In this document: positions 7,425 to 17,026 of the stretch, piece after piece
How the letters are laid out: each line of letters begins with the position of its first letter
Position numbering within the stretch: the first letter of the stretch is position 1
Source: Terrimicrobiaceae bacterium
Lineage (GTDB): Bacteria; Verrucomicrobiota; Verrucomicrobiia; Chthoniobacterales; Terrimicrobiaceae
Length of the DNA stretch: 19,996 nt
Reading direction: 5' to 3'
NCBI GenBank assembly: GCA_044342325.1
Contig: JBIIPZ010000045.1
Location: forward strand, 1-19,996
Notes under the pieces: generated by a model
What the model saw: the letters and a program-made list of their open reading frames with translations, nothing else
Told to the model about the DNA's origin: nothing
Database searches by the model: none
Made by a program: the position numbers and the translations under genes

Positions 7425-8621
7425 CTAAAAAAGATCGGTCTCAAAACCTTGCTCAGCGAGCTTTTCCAAAGCCTCTCCAGCCAGAAAAAGGGAGCCGGTA
7501 ATAAGAACAGGAAGTGTGGTATCCATCGCCGCCTTGATCGCAGTTGGCAGGTCGGAAAATTCGCGGGCGGGCAACAGTGAGTGAGCCTTCAAAACGCCGG
7601 GGTCTTCGGATCTCTCGCTGCGCACTGGAACAAAAAGAAATTCACCTGCGATTTTTTCGAGAATACGCAGCATGACGCCGTATTCCTTATCGCGGAGGGC
7701 TCCAAAAACGATGGCCGCCTTCTGCGTTCCGAACACCTCGCACCAAGTCGATAAGAGTGCCTCGGCGGAGTGTTCGTTGTGGGCCCCATCAACTATGATC
7801 CTGTCCCCCACCCTTTGAAAGCGGGCTGGCCATTTGACCGATGCGAGACCTTTTGCGATCGCGTCGGGCGGGCATTTCAGACCTGAGTCCTCGATGGCAG
7901 CGATGGCCACTGCGGCATTCCAGAGTTGGTGAATTCCCGGCAATGCCACTGGAATATCGACAGGAGCCTCAATGAAACGGATCGAACTCGCGACCGCAGC
8001 GGACTTGGCGCGGAGCACCTCGGCAGCGCCTTGCTCTTGAGGTGAGGAAATAACTGGAGCCCCCGGTTTGATGATACCTGCCTTTTCGGCTGCAATTTTT
8101 GCGATGCTGTCGCCAAGCCACGCCATGTGATCCATGGCAATCGGCGTGATGACAGAGACCAGAGGCGTGACCACATTTGTCGAGTCCAAGCGCCCCCCCA
8201 TACCGGTCTCAAGCACTACAATATCGCAACCCAAGCGCTCGAAGTGATCGAGAGCTAGAACGGTGCTTAGCTCAAAGAAGGTTGGCTTGTGATCCCAATC
8301 CTGTGCGGCCTGACGCAAGCGGGTGAGACCCTCTGCTGTTTCTTGCGGGGAAATCATCACGCCATCTACCCGGATGCGTTCGCGGAAATCGACAAGATGA
8401 GGCGATGTGTAGAGACCTGTCTTGTGTCCTGCCGCACGCAGGCAGGAATCCAGCATGGCGCAGACGGAACCCTTGCCATTGGTTCCAGCGACATGGATGA
8501 AACGCAAACGCTCGTGAGGATTCCCGATGGCTTCGAGGAGCCGAAAGGTATTTTCGAGACCGAGCTTGATTCCAGTGAATTGGCTATCGTTCAGCCAATC
8601 CAGCGCCTCTTGGAAATTCAC
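7425..8621 (-). CDS. folC: Folylpolyglutamate synthase / dihydrofolate synthase
   Basis: HVAGTNGKGS, YTSPHLVDFRERI, ETGMGGRLDSTN, EKAGIIK, DGAHN and GSLFLAGE. GTG start overlaps the accD stop; accD-folC is a conserved gene order. Confidence 0.96.
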   Translation of the reverse strand: MNFQEALDWLNDSQFTGIKLGLENTFRLLEAIGNPHERLRFIHVAGTNGKGSVCAMLDSCLRAAGHKTGLYTSPHLVDFRERIRVDGVMISPQETAEGLTRLRQAAQDWDHKPTFFELSTVLALDHFERLGCDIVVLETGMGGRLDSTNVVTPLVSVITPIAMDHMAWLGDSIAKIAAEKAGIIKPGAPVISSPQEQGAAEVLRAKSAAVASSIRFIEAPVDIPVALPGIHQLWNAAVAIAAIEDSGLKCPPDAIAKGLASVKWPARFQRVGDRIIVDGAHNEHSAEALLSTWCEVFGTQKAAIVFGALRDKEYGVMLRILEKIAGEFLFVPVRSERSEDPGVLKAHSLLPAREFSDLPTAIKAAMDTTLPVLITGSLFLAGEALEKLAEQGFETDLF

Positions 8622-9460
8622 TTCGTGCCGAGGTAGGCAAGCAGATCTCCGAGTGTCTGCCGCATTTTCTGGCGGTGCACGATGAGATCGACGAGGCCAT
8701 GCTTTTCAAGGAACTCGGCCGTTTGAAAATCCGGAGGAAGGGTCTGGTGCGTGGTCTCGCGAATGACACGGGGACCGGCGAATCCGATCATCGCTTTGGG
8801 TTCGGCAATAATGACATCACCCAGCGAGGCGTAACTCGCCATGACGCCGGCCGTGGTGGGATTTGTGAGGACCGTGATGTATGGGAGCTTCGCCTCGGCG
8901 TGCAGTGCCAGCGCACCGCTCGTCTTGGCCATTTGCATCAGACTCAACATTCCCTCATACATGCGGGCGCCGCCCGAAGCGCAGACGAGGATGACTGGGA
9001 GTTTGTTCTTGGTGGAAAACTCGATGATGCGTGTAATTTTTTCTCCCACGACCGAGCCCATGGTGGCGGCGAGGAAGTTGAAATCCATGACGCCCAATCC
9101 AACTTGGCGGCCATTGATTTTCCCGGCACCCGTGGTCACGGCATCAACCAACCCCGTCTTTTGCTTGTAGCTTTGGAGACGGTCGGCATAGGTCGTCACG
9201 CCTTTGAAACCGAGTGGATCGACCGAGGACATCGAGGGGTCGTGCTCTTCAAAGGAATCCGCGTCTAAAATGCTTTCGATACGCTCGCGTGAGCCGAGAT
9301 TGAAATGATGCTCGCACTTCGGGCAGACCTGCAGGTTTTCGGAGAGGGCGAGGTTGTGAATGACTTCGCCGCAGGAAGGGCATTTGGTCCAGAGACCGGA
9401 GGGCATCTCACGGGTTTTGCTGCCAAGAGCGCGGAGGATGGGTTTTTTAAAGATGGCCAT
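8618..9460 (-). CDS. accD: Acetyl-CoA carboxylase carboxyltransferase beta subunit
   Basis: GLWTKCPSC...VCPKC zinc finger, MGSVVGEKI, SGGARMYEG, PTTAGVMAS and IGFAGPRVI. Confidence 0.97.
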   Translation of the reverse strand: MAIFKKPILRALGSKTREMPSGLWTKCPSCGEVIHNLALSENLQVCPKCEHHFNLGSRERIESILDADSFEEHDPSMSSVDPLGFKGVTTYADRLQSYKQKTGLVDAVTTGAGKINGRQVGLGVMDFNFLAATMGSVVGEKITRIIEFSTKNKLPVILVCASGGARMYEGMLSLMQMAKTSGALALHAEAKLPYITVLTNPTTAGVMASYASLGDVIIAEPKAMIGFAGPRVIRETTHQTLPPDFQTAEFLEKHGLVDLIVHRQKMRQTLGDLLAYLGTK

Positions 9461-9475
9461 GGTGTGAATTATTTT

Positions 9476-10189
9476 CTAACCGCGCGCCAGAGTGAGGGCA
9501 CGCACGGACTCTGCTCCCTGTTCCAATAGAACGGCTGCACAGGCATCAAGTGTCGATCCGGTTGTCAGCACATCATCGATCAGAAGCAGGTTTTGATCTG
9601 TCACATCGACATTCTTGCGCAGTGAAAAAGCATTCCGCAAGTTTTGCCTTCGCTCGGCACGGTCGAGCGCCGTCTGGGTTCCCGTGTAGCGACTGCGAAC
9701 AAGCACCTCCCGCATGGGTATGCCGGTAGCACGGGAAAGTTGCCCTGCGAGGAGTGCCGCTTGATTAAACTCCCGCTCACGGAGGCGCTTGGAGTGAAGT
9801 GGAACTGGCACGATGGCATCGAATTCCTGCCCCGACAGCCTCGGATCGGCGAGGCCTTGAAGCAGAATCCTGCCAAGGATTTTCATAATCCAAATCTCGC
9901 GATTGTATTTAACGCGGTGGATTAACTCGCGAATCACACGGCGACTGCGCACTACGGACACCGCGCAGTCGAAGTGAAATGCCGCCCCCCGGCAATTCGG
10001 GCACTCGAACTCGCCGGACATTCCATCGAATGGCTGAGAGCAGATCTGGCAGCGCGGTGGCTTGATGAATTCGATGGTAGCCGCGCACACAGGGCAGAAA
10101 TCTTGCCCGGATTCGACCCTCACCGCACAACCAGCGCAGTGAGGAGGAAAGAAAAGGGAGAAAAATGTTTCAAGAAGCGCGTGAGGCAC
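9476..10189 (-). CDS. comF: ComF family protein (double zinc ribbon + PRTase-like domain)
   Basis: Four CxxC pairs (CAGC, CPVC, CQIC, CPNC), VPVPLH, REFNQA, RRQNLRNAF and LIDDVLTTGST. GTG 10189 is preferred as start; TTG 10225 is the alternative. Confidence 0.9.
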   Translation of the reverse strand: MPHALLETFFSLFFPPHCAGCAVRVESGQDFCPVCAATIEFIKPPRCQICSQPFDGMSGEFECPNCRGAAFHFDCAVSVVRSRRVIRELIHRVKYNREIWIMKILGRILLQGLADPRLSGQEFDAIVPVPLHSKRLREREFNQAALLAGQLSRATGIPMREVLVRSRYTGTQTALDRAERRQNLRNAFSLRKNVDVTDQNLLLIDDVLTTGSTLDACAAVLLEQGAESVRALTLARG

Positions 10190-11099
10190 GGCGAAGGTAA
10201 AGCCAGACAAAAACCCAGGTCGCAAGAAGAACGAAAGCAGGAATGAGTCCGGTCGGCACAGCCCCGCTCACCACATTCGGACCCACCCATGGCAGAAAGA
10301 CATCTGGAGGCTTGGGCCGGAATGGTGCAACGAGTTGAAGGGATTGCTGACCAAAAATCCAGCCGGCATGGAGTCCGATGGGGATAAACAGCGAACGGGT
10401 CTGAAGTGTGGAGTGAGCGAGAACAAGCCCAGCGAGGAGAAGAGAAAGAAAGCCCCAGCCCAGCAGTGGCCATGGCGGCGCGCTGGAGAAGGCCAGAGGC
10501 AATTGTTCGAATCCGCTGAGCCACCCCACTGGAACCTCGAGAGCCTGACGCGAGGTGCGCATGAAATGAACCAAGGCGAAGAGCGCCGCTGATAAAATAG
10601 CGGCCGCATAGCGCGGCATCACGGCAACTGCCAGTCCTAGCAAGACGCCCCGGAAGAGGAATTCCTCAATCGTGGACACCACAGCAGCCGTGCCTCCGAT
10701 CCGGAGAAATCCCATCGGGTCGAAGTGAGGCTTGAGGGAAAAAACTCCCGTGAAAATGTAGCCCGCACCAAGAAAAACGACTGGAACAAATGCCAGCAGA
10801 AAGCCGGAAACGAGGTCGCGTTTCCATTGTTGGTTGGGCTGGAGACCGAGGTCGGAGAGTCGGCGAATTCCAATACCACGAAAGGCTGGCCAAAGCAGAA
10901 CGATGGCGGAAATCTGAACACTGCGGCTGAAGTAGCGGTGGAATGGAAAGCCCTCCACAATCGGAAGGACGCCGATCTCGGCCAGCCATGAGCCAACCCA
11001 GTAGAGCGGCGGCGAAAGAAGGCAGGCAAGCAGCACGACTCCGCCGAAGTAGGCAAAAAGACGCAAGAGAGTTTGAAGACCTGCCGGTTTGGAATTCAC
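10170..11099 (-). CDS. CPBP (CAAX protease / Abi) family intramembrane glutamic endopeptidase
   Basis: Multiple hydrophobic helices, EEFLFRG motif, FALVH and IGLHAGW. GTG start. Confidence 0.9.
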   Translation of the reverse strand: MNSKPAGLQTLLRLFAYFGGVVLLACLLSPPLYWVGSWLAEIGVLPIVEGFPFHRYFSRSVQISAIVLLWPAFRGIGIRRLSDLGLQPNQQWKRDLVSGFLLAFVPVVFLGAGYIFTGVFSLKPHFDPMGFLRIGGTAAVVSTIEEFLFRGVLLGLAVAVMPRYAAAILSAALFALVHFMRTSRQALEVPVGWLSGFEQLPLAFSSAPPWPLLGWGFLSLLLAGLVLAHSTLQTRSLFIPIGLHAGWIFGQQSLQLVAPFRPKPPDVFLPWVGPNVVSGAVPTGLIPAFVLLATWVFVWLYLRRASRAS

Positions 11100-11131
11100 G
11101 ACATGATTTCTATGCGTTAAACACAGCTCCT

Positions 11132-12448
11132 ATGCGAGATGTTTGGAATACGCAGGCCCTGATCGAGAACGATAAAAAGCATCTTTGGCATCCCTTCACA
11201 CCGATGCGGGATTGGTGCGCGCAGGACCACTCGCCGATGGTCCTTGTCAAAGGCCAAGGGGCATGGCTTGAGGACAGTGAAGGCCGCTGCTACTTGGACG
11301 GCAATTCCTCGATCTGGACGAATATCCACGGCCACGCCCACCCCAAAATCAACCGGGCCATCCAAGATCAACTCGAGCGAGTGGCCCATGTCTCGTTTCT
11401 CGGCACAACAAATCCCCAAGCGATCGAACTGGCTTCAAGACTGGCGGGTTTTTTTCCCGAAGGCACATTGGAAAAGGTTTTCCTGAGCGATGACGGCTCC
11501 ACCGCTGTGGAAGCGGCCATGAAGATGGCTGTTCAATTTTGGCAAATGGAAGGCCACGCCAACCGCTCGCGTTTCATCGCATTTGAAAACGCCTACCACG
11601 GCGATACGCTCGGGGCGGCGAGTCTGGGAGGTATCGGGGCATTCCACCGAAGTTTGGCAGGGCATCAGTTCCCTGTGACGCGCATCAGCTCCCCGGAGGA
11701 ACTCGATAGCGTGCCGGGGTTCCGCCATGGCGATGTGGCGGCTGTCGTGATCGAGCCATTGATTCAAGGTGCGGCAGGCATGAGAACATGGCCCCGTGGC
11801 ATGCTCAGAAAGCTCCGGCAGAAGTGCGATGAGGCCGGGGTGTTTTTGATACTCGACGAGGTAATGACAGGCTTCGGGCGGACTGGAATGATGTTTGCGT
11901 GTCAGCAGGAGGATGTGATCCCAGATTTCCTCTGTCTCGCGAAAGGACTAACCGGCGGGTATGTGCCGCTCGCGGCGACTCTCACCACGGCGAGGGTATT
12001 TGATGCCTTTCTGGGCGATGTCGAGGAGGGGAAGACATTTTACTATGGCCATAGTTACTCGGGGAACCCGGTCGGCTGCGCGGCAGCACTGGCGAGCCTG
12101 GATATCTTCCGTGACGAGCGTGTGCTGGAAAATTTGCTACCGAAAATTTCGCGCTTGAGCGAGCTGCTGGTTGAGATCGCGAAAGCCCCTGGGATTTATG
12201 AAACCCGCCAGTGTGGATTGATCGCCGGCATCGAAGTGCGCCAGAGGAATGGAGAGGCTTTTCCGTGGATGTGGCGCGTTGGGGCAAAAATCTGTTTGGC
12301 CGCTCGGCGACATGGGATTCTGACCAGACCTGTTCTGGACACGATCGTCTTCATGCCTCCGTTGTGCGTTACGGTGGAAGAAATGGAAGCCGGCCTGCAG
12401 GCGATCCGGGCGGCGACGCATGAGGTGCTGATGGAGATCGAGGCCTGA
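11132..12448 (+). CDS. bioA: Adenosylmethionine-8-amino-7-oxononanoate transaminase
   Basis: LWHPFTPM, DGNSSIWTNIHGH, DDGSTAVEAAMKMA, AYHGDTLGA, EPLIQGAAGM, DEVMTGFGRTG, PLP lysine in AKGLTGGY, and GHSYSGNP. Start at ATG 11132. Confidence 0.95.
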   Translation: MRDVWNTQALIENDKKHLWHPFTPMRDWCAQDHSPMVLVKGQGAWLEDSEGRCYLDGNSSIWTNIHGHAHPKINRAIQDQLERVAHVSFLGTTNPQAIELASRLAGFFPEGTLEKVFLSDDGSTAVEAAMKMAVQFWQMEGHANRSRFIAFENAYHGDTLGAASLGGIGAFHRSLAGHQFPVTRISSPEELDSVPGFRHGDVAAVVIEPLIQGAAGMRTWPRGMLRKLRQKCDEAGVFLILDEVMTGFGRTGMMFACQQEDVIPDFLCLAKGLTGGYVPLAATLTTARVFDAFLGDVEEGKTFYYGHSYSGNPVGCAAALASLDIFRDERVLENLLPKISRLSELLVEIAKAPGIYETRQCGLIAGIEVRQRNGEAFPWMWRVGAKICLAARRHGILTRPVLDTIVFMPPLCVTVEEMEAGLQAIRAATHEVLMEIEA

Positions 12449-12454
12449 AGCAGA

Positions 12455-13132
12455 TCAGGGATTGCGGCCCGCTTTTTCAGCAAGGATGCCCCTCGCCACC
12501 GCTTCGGCGAGCCGTTGCCGGACGGCGGCCGTTTGGATTTTGCGATTCTCCGAGGGGTTGGAGACAAATCCCAATTCACAAAGCACGGCTGGGCGTTTGT
12601 TGTTTTTCAAGACATAGAAACCGCGATTTTTGATTCCCCTGTTTAGAGCGCCAGAACTTTTTATGACTTCGCGCTGAATGTTAGCCGAGAGACGGGAACT
12701 GCGGGAGCTGTAGAAGAAGGTTTCCACGCCTGAAGGTTTGGCTCGTTTTACCCAGTTGTAGTGAATGCTCACAAAGACGACATTGCGCAGGCTGTTCGAC
12801 TTGGCTACGCGTTGATCCAAAGGAATAAAATAATCTCCCGAGCGCGTTTCCACAACTCTCAAGCCGGATGAGCGGAGAAGACGGGAGACCCGGCGAGCCG
12901 TGTCCAAGGCGAGCTGCTTTTCAGGAGCGCCATTGACCGCCCTTGCCCCCGAGTCGTGTCCACCATGCCCCGCGTCGATGACCACCGTGTCGAAATATCC
13001 AGCAGCCTGCAAACCACCAGGAGAACGGAAAGTCTGTGTGGTCCCGCAACCTGAAAGCAGGAAAACCGCAAGCACGCAGGCGAGGAAGGCCGGAAGCCAA
13101 GCGAATGGGCAGTTTGTGCGATTTGATTCCAT
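12455..13132 (-). CDS. N-acetylmuramoyl-L-alanine amidase (Amidase_3), predicted lipoprotein
   Basis: VVIDAGHGGHDSGA, EK, FVSIHYN and LCELGF provide the Zn ligands and catalytic Glu. A hydrophobic N-terminus ends in lipobox LSGC. Start moved to ATG 13132. Confidence 0.92.
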   Translation of the reverse strand: MESNRTNCPFAWLPAFLACVLAVFLLSGCGTTQTFRSPGGLQAAGYFDTVVIDAGHGGHDSGARAVNGAPEKQLALDTARRVSRLLRSSGLRVVETRSGDYFIPLDQRVAKSNSLRNVVFVSIHYNWVKRAKPSGVETFFYSSRSSRLSANIQREVIKSSGALNRGIKNRGFYVLKNNKRPAVLCELGFVSNPSENRKIQTAAVRQRLAEAVARGILAEKAGRNP

Positions 13133-13246
13133 GAAGTCTTCCCTGCATCCCCTTACGCTGAGGATTGCACACCATAGAAACCGATGCGCAGCAGGCGCAA
13201 TCATTTTAGTCTCGATTTCATAAACCGTGCGCGGATTGTTGAGGCC

Positions 13247-14017
13247 ATGTTGGCAAAACGAGTGATTCCATGTCTGGACGTGACCGATGGTCGCGTAGTG
13301 AAAGGGACGAAATTCCTGAACCTCCGCGATGCGGGCGACCCGGTCGAATGCGCGAAGATGTATGACCGCCAAGGCGCCGATGAACTTGTTTTCTTGGACA
13401 TCACGGCCTCAAGCGATGGACGCGCCACCATGGTTTCGGTCGTCGAGCGCACGGCGGAGCAGTGCTTCATGCCACTCACCGTGGGTGGGGGCATTCGAGC
13501 CGTGGAGGATTTCCGCACCATGCTTCGAGCCGGAGCCGACAAGGTCAGCGTGAACACCTCGGCTCTTCAACGGCCTGAACTCATCAGTGAAGCGGCTGAG
13601 GCATTTGGGTCTCAGTGCGTCGTGGTGGCGGTGGATGCCAAGCGCGATGGGCCTGGGAAGTGGAGAGTTTACACCCATGGCGGACGCAAGCCCACCAAGC
13701 GCGATGCCATCGAGTGGATCGTCGAGGCCGCAAAGCGCGGCGCGGGCGAAATTCTCCTGACAAGCATGGATGCGGATGGAACCTGCGGCGGGTATGATTT
13801 GCAACTGACGCGTGCCGTCTCCGAGGCCGTGGGAATACCAGTGATTGCCAGCGGAGGTGCCGGAGAACTTCAGCACCTCGCTGATGTGCTGCGCGAGGGC
13901 CTCGCCGATGCTGTGCTCGCTGCCAGCATTTTTCACTTTGGAAAACACACAGTCGCCGAAGCCAAGGAGCATCTGGCCGCGCAGGGACTGCCAGTGCGAA
14001 AACGATTCGACGATTGA
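13247..14017 (+). CDS. hisF: Imidazole glycerol phosphate synthase cyclase subunit
   Basis: [53 protein letters not shown] and LAASIFH. GAGG precedes ATG 13247. Confidence 0.98.
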   Translation: MLAKRVIPCLDVTDGRVVKGTKFLNLRDAGDPVECAKMYDRQGADELVFLDITASSDGRATMVSVVERTAEQCFMPLTVGGGIRAVEDFRTMLRAGADKVSVNTSALQRPELISEAAEAFGSQCVVVAVDAKRDGPGKWRVYTHGGRKPTKRDAIEWIVEAAKRGAGEILLTSMDADGTCGGYDLQLTRAVSEAVGIPVIASGGAGELQHLADVLREGLADAVLAASIFHFGKHTVAEAKEHLAAQGLPVRKRFDD

Positions 14018-14047
14018 TCGACGAACCGGACGCGTTATTTTTGAATC

Positions 14048-14494
14048 ATGAACCGAACCGAAGCCGCATTCACTCCGGAGAGCGTTACAGAGATCCTGAG
14101 ACGCGAGGGGCTACGCATCACTCGCAACCGGCGCGGCATTCTCCAAGCGCTCTTCGAGTCGGGACGGCCCATGAGTCTGCAGGAAATCCAATCCGCCGCA
14201 TCAAGCCAAGAGGGAGCGCGCCCGGACTACGCCACGGTCTTTCGAATGATCCTGCTGATGGAGAAACTTCATTTGGTCCACAAGGTGAACCTGCAGCGTT
14301 CGTGCAGTTACTATGAGATCAGCGATCCCCTCAAACACTACGACCATCTCATTTGCCGCGCCTGCGGCAACGTCGTGCTGATCGACATCCCCTGCCCTAT
14401 CGGTGATGCGGAGAAGCGGATTGCCCTCCAGTATGGATTCCGCGACCTGAGCCACTCGCTGGAGTTTTTCGGTCTGTGTGCCACGTGCCCGTGA
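14048..14494 (+). CDS. Fur-family metalloregulator (Fur/Zur/PerR)
   Basis: GLRITRNR, ATVFR helix, HYDHLICRACG, HSLEFFGLCATC; two CxxC motifs form a structural Zn site. Confidence 0.92.
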   Translation: MNRTEAAFTPESVTEILRREGLRITRNRRGILQALFESGRPMSLQEIQSAASSQEGARPDYATVFRMILLMEKLHLVHKVNLQRSCSYYEISDPLKHYDHLICRACGNVVLIDIPCPIGDAEKRIALQYGFRDLSHSLEFFGLCATCP

Positions 14495-14530
14495 GGTTGC
14501 CCGCCTCTTGGTAAAAGACCTTCTTGAGGG

Positions 14531-14575
14531 AAAACAAAAAGACCCGTTCAGCGCGTGGCCAAACGGGTCTTCTTT
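14531..14575. terminator. Bidirectional intrinsic terminator between the convergent fur-family and HU genes
   Basis: 10-bp stem AAGACCCGTT (14539-14548)/AACGGGTCTT (14562-14571), with an A-tract on the left and TCTTT on the right. Confidence 0.8.
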
Positions 14576-14590
14576 AAGCGGAGGGGAAAG

Positions 14591-14860
14591 TTAGATAGCC
14601 CCTTTGAATGCTTTGCCAGGGACGAAGCGAACAGTCTTGGAAGCCTTGATCTTGATCTTCGCACCAGTCTTTGGGTTCACGCCAGTGCGGGCTTTGCGAT
14701 TGCTGATCTTGAATGTGCCGAAGCCGATGAGCTGAACGGTCTTTGTTTTTTTAACGCCGAGCTTGATGGCGTCGATGACAGCGTTCACTGCGCGCTCTGC
14801 GTCAGCTTTGGTGGAGTCGAGGGTTTTTTGGACTGCTACGGTGAGTTCAACTTTGTTCAT
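14591..14860 (-). CDS. hup: HU family DNA-binding protein
   Basis: MNKVEL, VQLIGFGTF, RKARTGVNPKTG and VRFVPGKAFK; 89 aa. Confidence 0.96.
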   Translation of the reverse strand: MNKVELTVAVQKTLDSTKADAERAVNAVIDAIKLGVKKTKTVQLIGFGTFKISNRKARTGVNPKTGAKIKIKASKTVRFVPGKAFKGAI

Positions 14861-14909
14861 GGTTGCGTATATTTATTGGAGTTGGGTTTGAATTACACTG
14901 ACGAGGTGA

Positions 14910-14938
14910 AGACCAGCAAATGAGCCGCATGCTGTCAA
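14910..14938 (-). promoter_or_regulatory. Putative sigma70 promoter of the HU gene
   Basis: Perfect TTGACA on the minus strand (14938-14933), a 17-bp spacer containing an extended TG, and a weak -10 TGGTCT (14915-14910). Confidence 0.45.
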
Positions 14939-14968
14939 GCAGGGCGGGCGAATTTCCTAAAGATTTTT

Positions 14969-16858
14969 TTAGTTTGATTCATCCACCGGAACCGCTGCAG
15001 GAGCGATAACATCGGGCTCCGGCGAAGGAGTAGCCTGTGGAGCGGAGGTCGAAGTTGGTTTTTTAGAAGCGGAGGTTTTATAGATCTCCCGGAAGAGTTT
15101 TCCGATGAGCGGAGCGGCGTGGGATCCGCCACCAGTCTTCACTCCAGGCTCTCCCTCGTAGAGCGCCGCGAAGGAATACTTGGGATTATCCGCAGGTAGA
15201 AAACCTCCAAACCAAGCAGCAATGCGCTGCCGGTCGGTTGGTCCCCACTGGGCGGTTCCGGTTTTTCCCGCGACTTCAATTCCTTTCACAGCTGCTTGGT
15301 GGGCTGTTCCCAAGCCATCACTCGTGACACCAACGAGTGCACGACGGAGTTCCTCACGGACTTCCGGAGACACGGGAATCTGCTCGCGAATGCGATCGGG
15401 GTAGGCAGCGACGACTTTGTTGTCGATAGACTGCACTTGAAGAACCAACCGGGCTTGGTGGAGAAAACCGCCATTGGCCATCACGCTCATCGCCTGCGCC
15501 ATTTGGAGAGGGCTTATGAGGATGTCACCTTGCCCGATGGAGAGGTTGGCCACATCCCCGCCTTTGAGTGTGCGCTTGTGGACACGGAGCATGTAGTTGT
15601 CGTCGGGGATGTTTCCCGATGCCTCGGAGCGGAGGGGAATGCCGGTGCGGCGCCCGAGTCCAATGCGCTTGGAGTAGTCAATGATAGGAGCTGCACCTAT
15701 CTTCAGACCGGCTTGATAGAACCAGGTGTTGCAAGACTGCGTGAGGGCTTGCCTGAAGTTGAGTCTGCCTGCATCGACCTTTTTCCAGTTGCGAAAGCTG
15801 TGGTCACCGACTGTGAAAGAGGTCGGGCAGGTGAAGGTCTCCTTAGGAGTGATGCGCCCGGTTTCAAGACCTGCAAATCCAACAAAGGTTTTGAATGTGG
15901 AGCCGGGTGGGTAGGCCGAGCGGAAGGCACGCGGCACAAGCGGATCGGAGGGATCATTCGAGTAGCGCGCAAAGACATCCGGACGCACGATCGGGACGAA
16001 ATCATTCGGATTGAATGACGGGTAGGATGCCATCGCGAGGATTTCGCCGTTGTTGGGATCCATGACGACAAGGGCTCCCCGGTTTGTATTTTTTGCGAGG
16101 ACTTTTTCCGCCTCTTGCTGGAGCGGAAGGTCGAGACTGGTGACAACATTGTAGCCTGGCACAGGCTGGCGGGCCACGCGCTCGGAGACCTTTTTTCCAT
16201 CGGCACCGAATGTGATTTGAAGAAGGCCGGGCTGACCGCGGAGTTCGCGATCAAAAACCTGCTCGAGCCCTTCACGGCCTTCACTTTCGGAGAAAATGAG
16301 GTCGTTGTTTTCGATTGGGCGGGCAGAGAGCGGTGCCTCATACCCGGTGTAGCCGATAATGTGCGCGGCAAGAGGTCCGTTCGGGTAGAAACGCACATAG
16401 GTTTGGCGGAGGACTTGACTCGGAGGCATGCTCCGCTGCACGGCGGAAAGTTCACGAGGGAGGAGGTCGGTCGCGATGTCCAACGGCAGCACACCACGGT
16501 TTTTGTAGTGGTTCAGAATCACGGCATCCGAGAGGCGCATGTCCCTATTGATCAATCCCGACGCCATGGCCATTTGTTGGCGGGCGAATGAGAGAATTTT
16601 CGAATCCGGCCAATCCAGCGGCGTCGGAAAACTGATCGCGAGGTTGTAGCTCACGCGGCTCTGCGCCAGCGGTTGGCCGTTGCGATCCGTGATCTGACCT
16701 CGCGGCGCAGGGATAAGGAGCGAGAAGGTGCGCGCCTTGTTCTGGGTTTCCCAAGTCGGCTTCGGATTTTCAACCACGCCGGTATTGTCGATCATCGTCT
16801 CGCGGGCCACGAGGATCGCAGGAAAAAGAAAAACGGCAGCGAACCGAGAAAGTTTCAT
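14969..16858 (-). CDS. mrdA: Class B penicillin-binding protein (PBP2-like transpeptidase)
   Basis: IPAPRGQITDRNG, RFYPNG, GREGLE, GEILAMASYPSF, SxxK (PGSTFK), SxN (SCN), IGQG and KTGTAQ. Start placed at ATG 16858. Confidence 0.9.
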   Translation of the reverse strand: MKLSRFAAVFLFPAILVARETMIDNTGVVENPKPTWETQNKARTFSLLIPAPRGQITDRNGQPLAQSRVSYNLAISFPTPLDWPDSKILSFARQQMAMASGLINRDMRLSDAVILNHYKNRGVLPLDIATDLLPRELSAVQRSMPPSQVLRQTYVRFYPNGPLAAHIIGYTGYEAPLSARPIENNDLIFSESEGREGLEQVFDRELRGQPGLLQITFGADGKKVSERVARQPVPGYNVVTSLDLPLQQEAEKVLAKNTNRGALVVMDPNNGEILAMASYPSFNPNDFVPIVRPDVFARYSNDPSDPLVPRAFRSAYPPGSTFKTFVGFAGLETGRITPKETFTCPTSFTVGDHSFRNWKKVDAGRLNFRQALTQSCNTWFYQAGLKIGAAPIIDYSKRIGLGRRTGIPLRSEASGNIPDDNYMLRVHKRTLKGGDVANLSIGQGDILISPLQMAQAMSVMANGGFLHQARLVLQVQSIDNKVVAAYPDRIREQIPVSPEVREELRRALVGVTSDGLGTAHQAAVKGIEVAGKTGTAQWGPTDRQRIAAWFGGFLPADNPKYSFAALYEGEPGVKTGGGSHAAPLIGKLFREIYKTSASKKPTSTSAPQATPSPEPDVIAPAAVPVDESN

Positions 16859-17026
16859 AAGTGAACGATAGCAAAACCCGCCGCACACCCGAAAGGAAAA
16901 CACAAGGCGGATCAAAGTTTTCCAACGCTTGCCCGAGGCAGACTCCACAATGTCTCGGTCTTACTGAAGCCGGGGAGGGCTTCGGCATTCCAATTTAAAA
17001 GATTTCTCTCTGCTTGTAGTCAGAAC

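Noticed and set aside
13247..14494. hisF-fur linkage as a histidine/metal regulatory system
   Set aside because: Only adjacency (30 bp gap) supports it. No Fur/Zur box was recognised, and scattered his genes are common.
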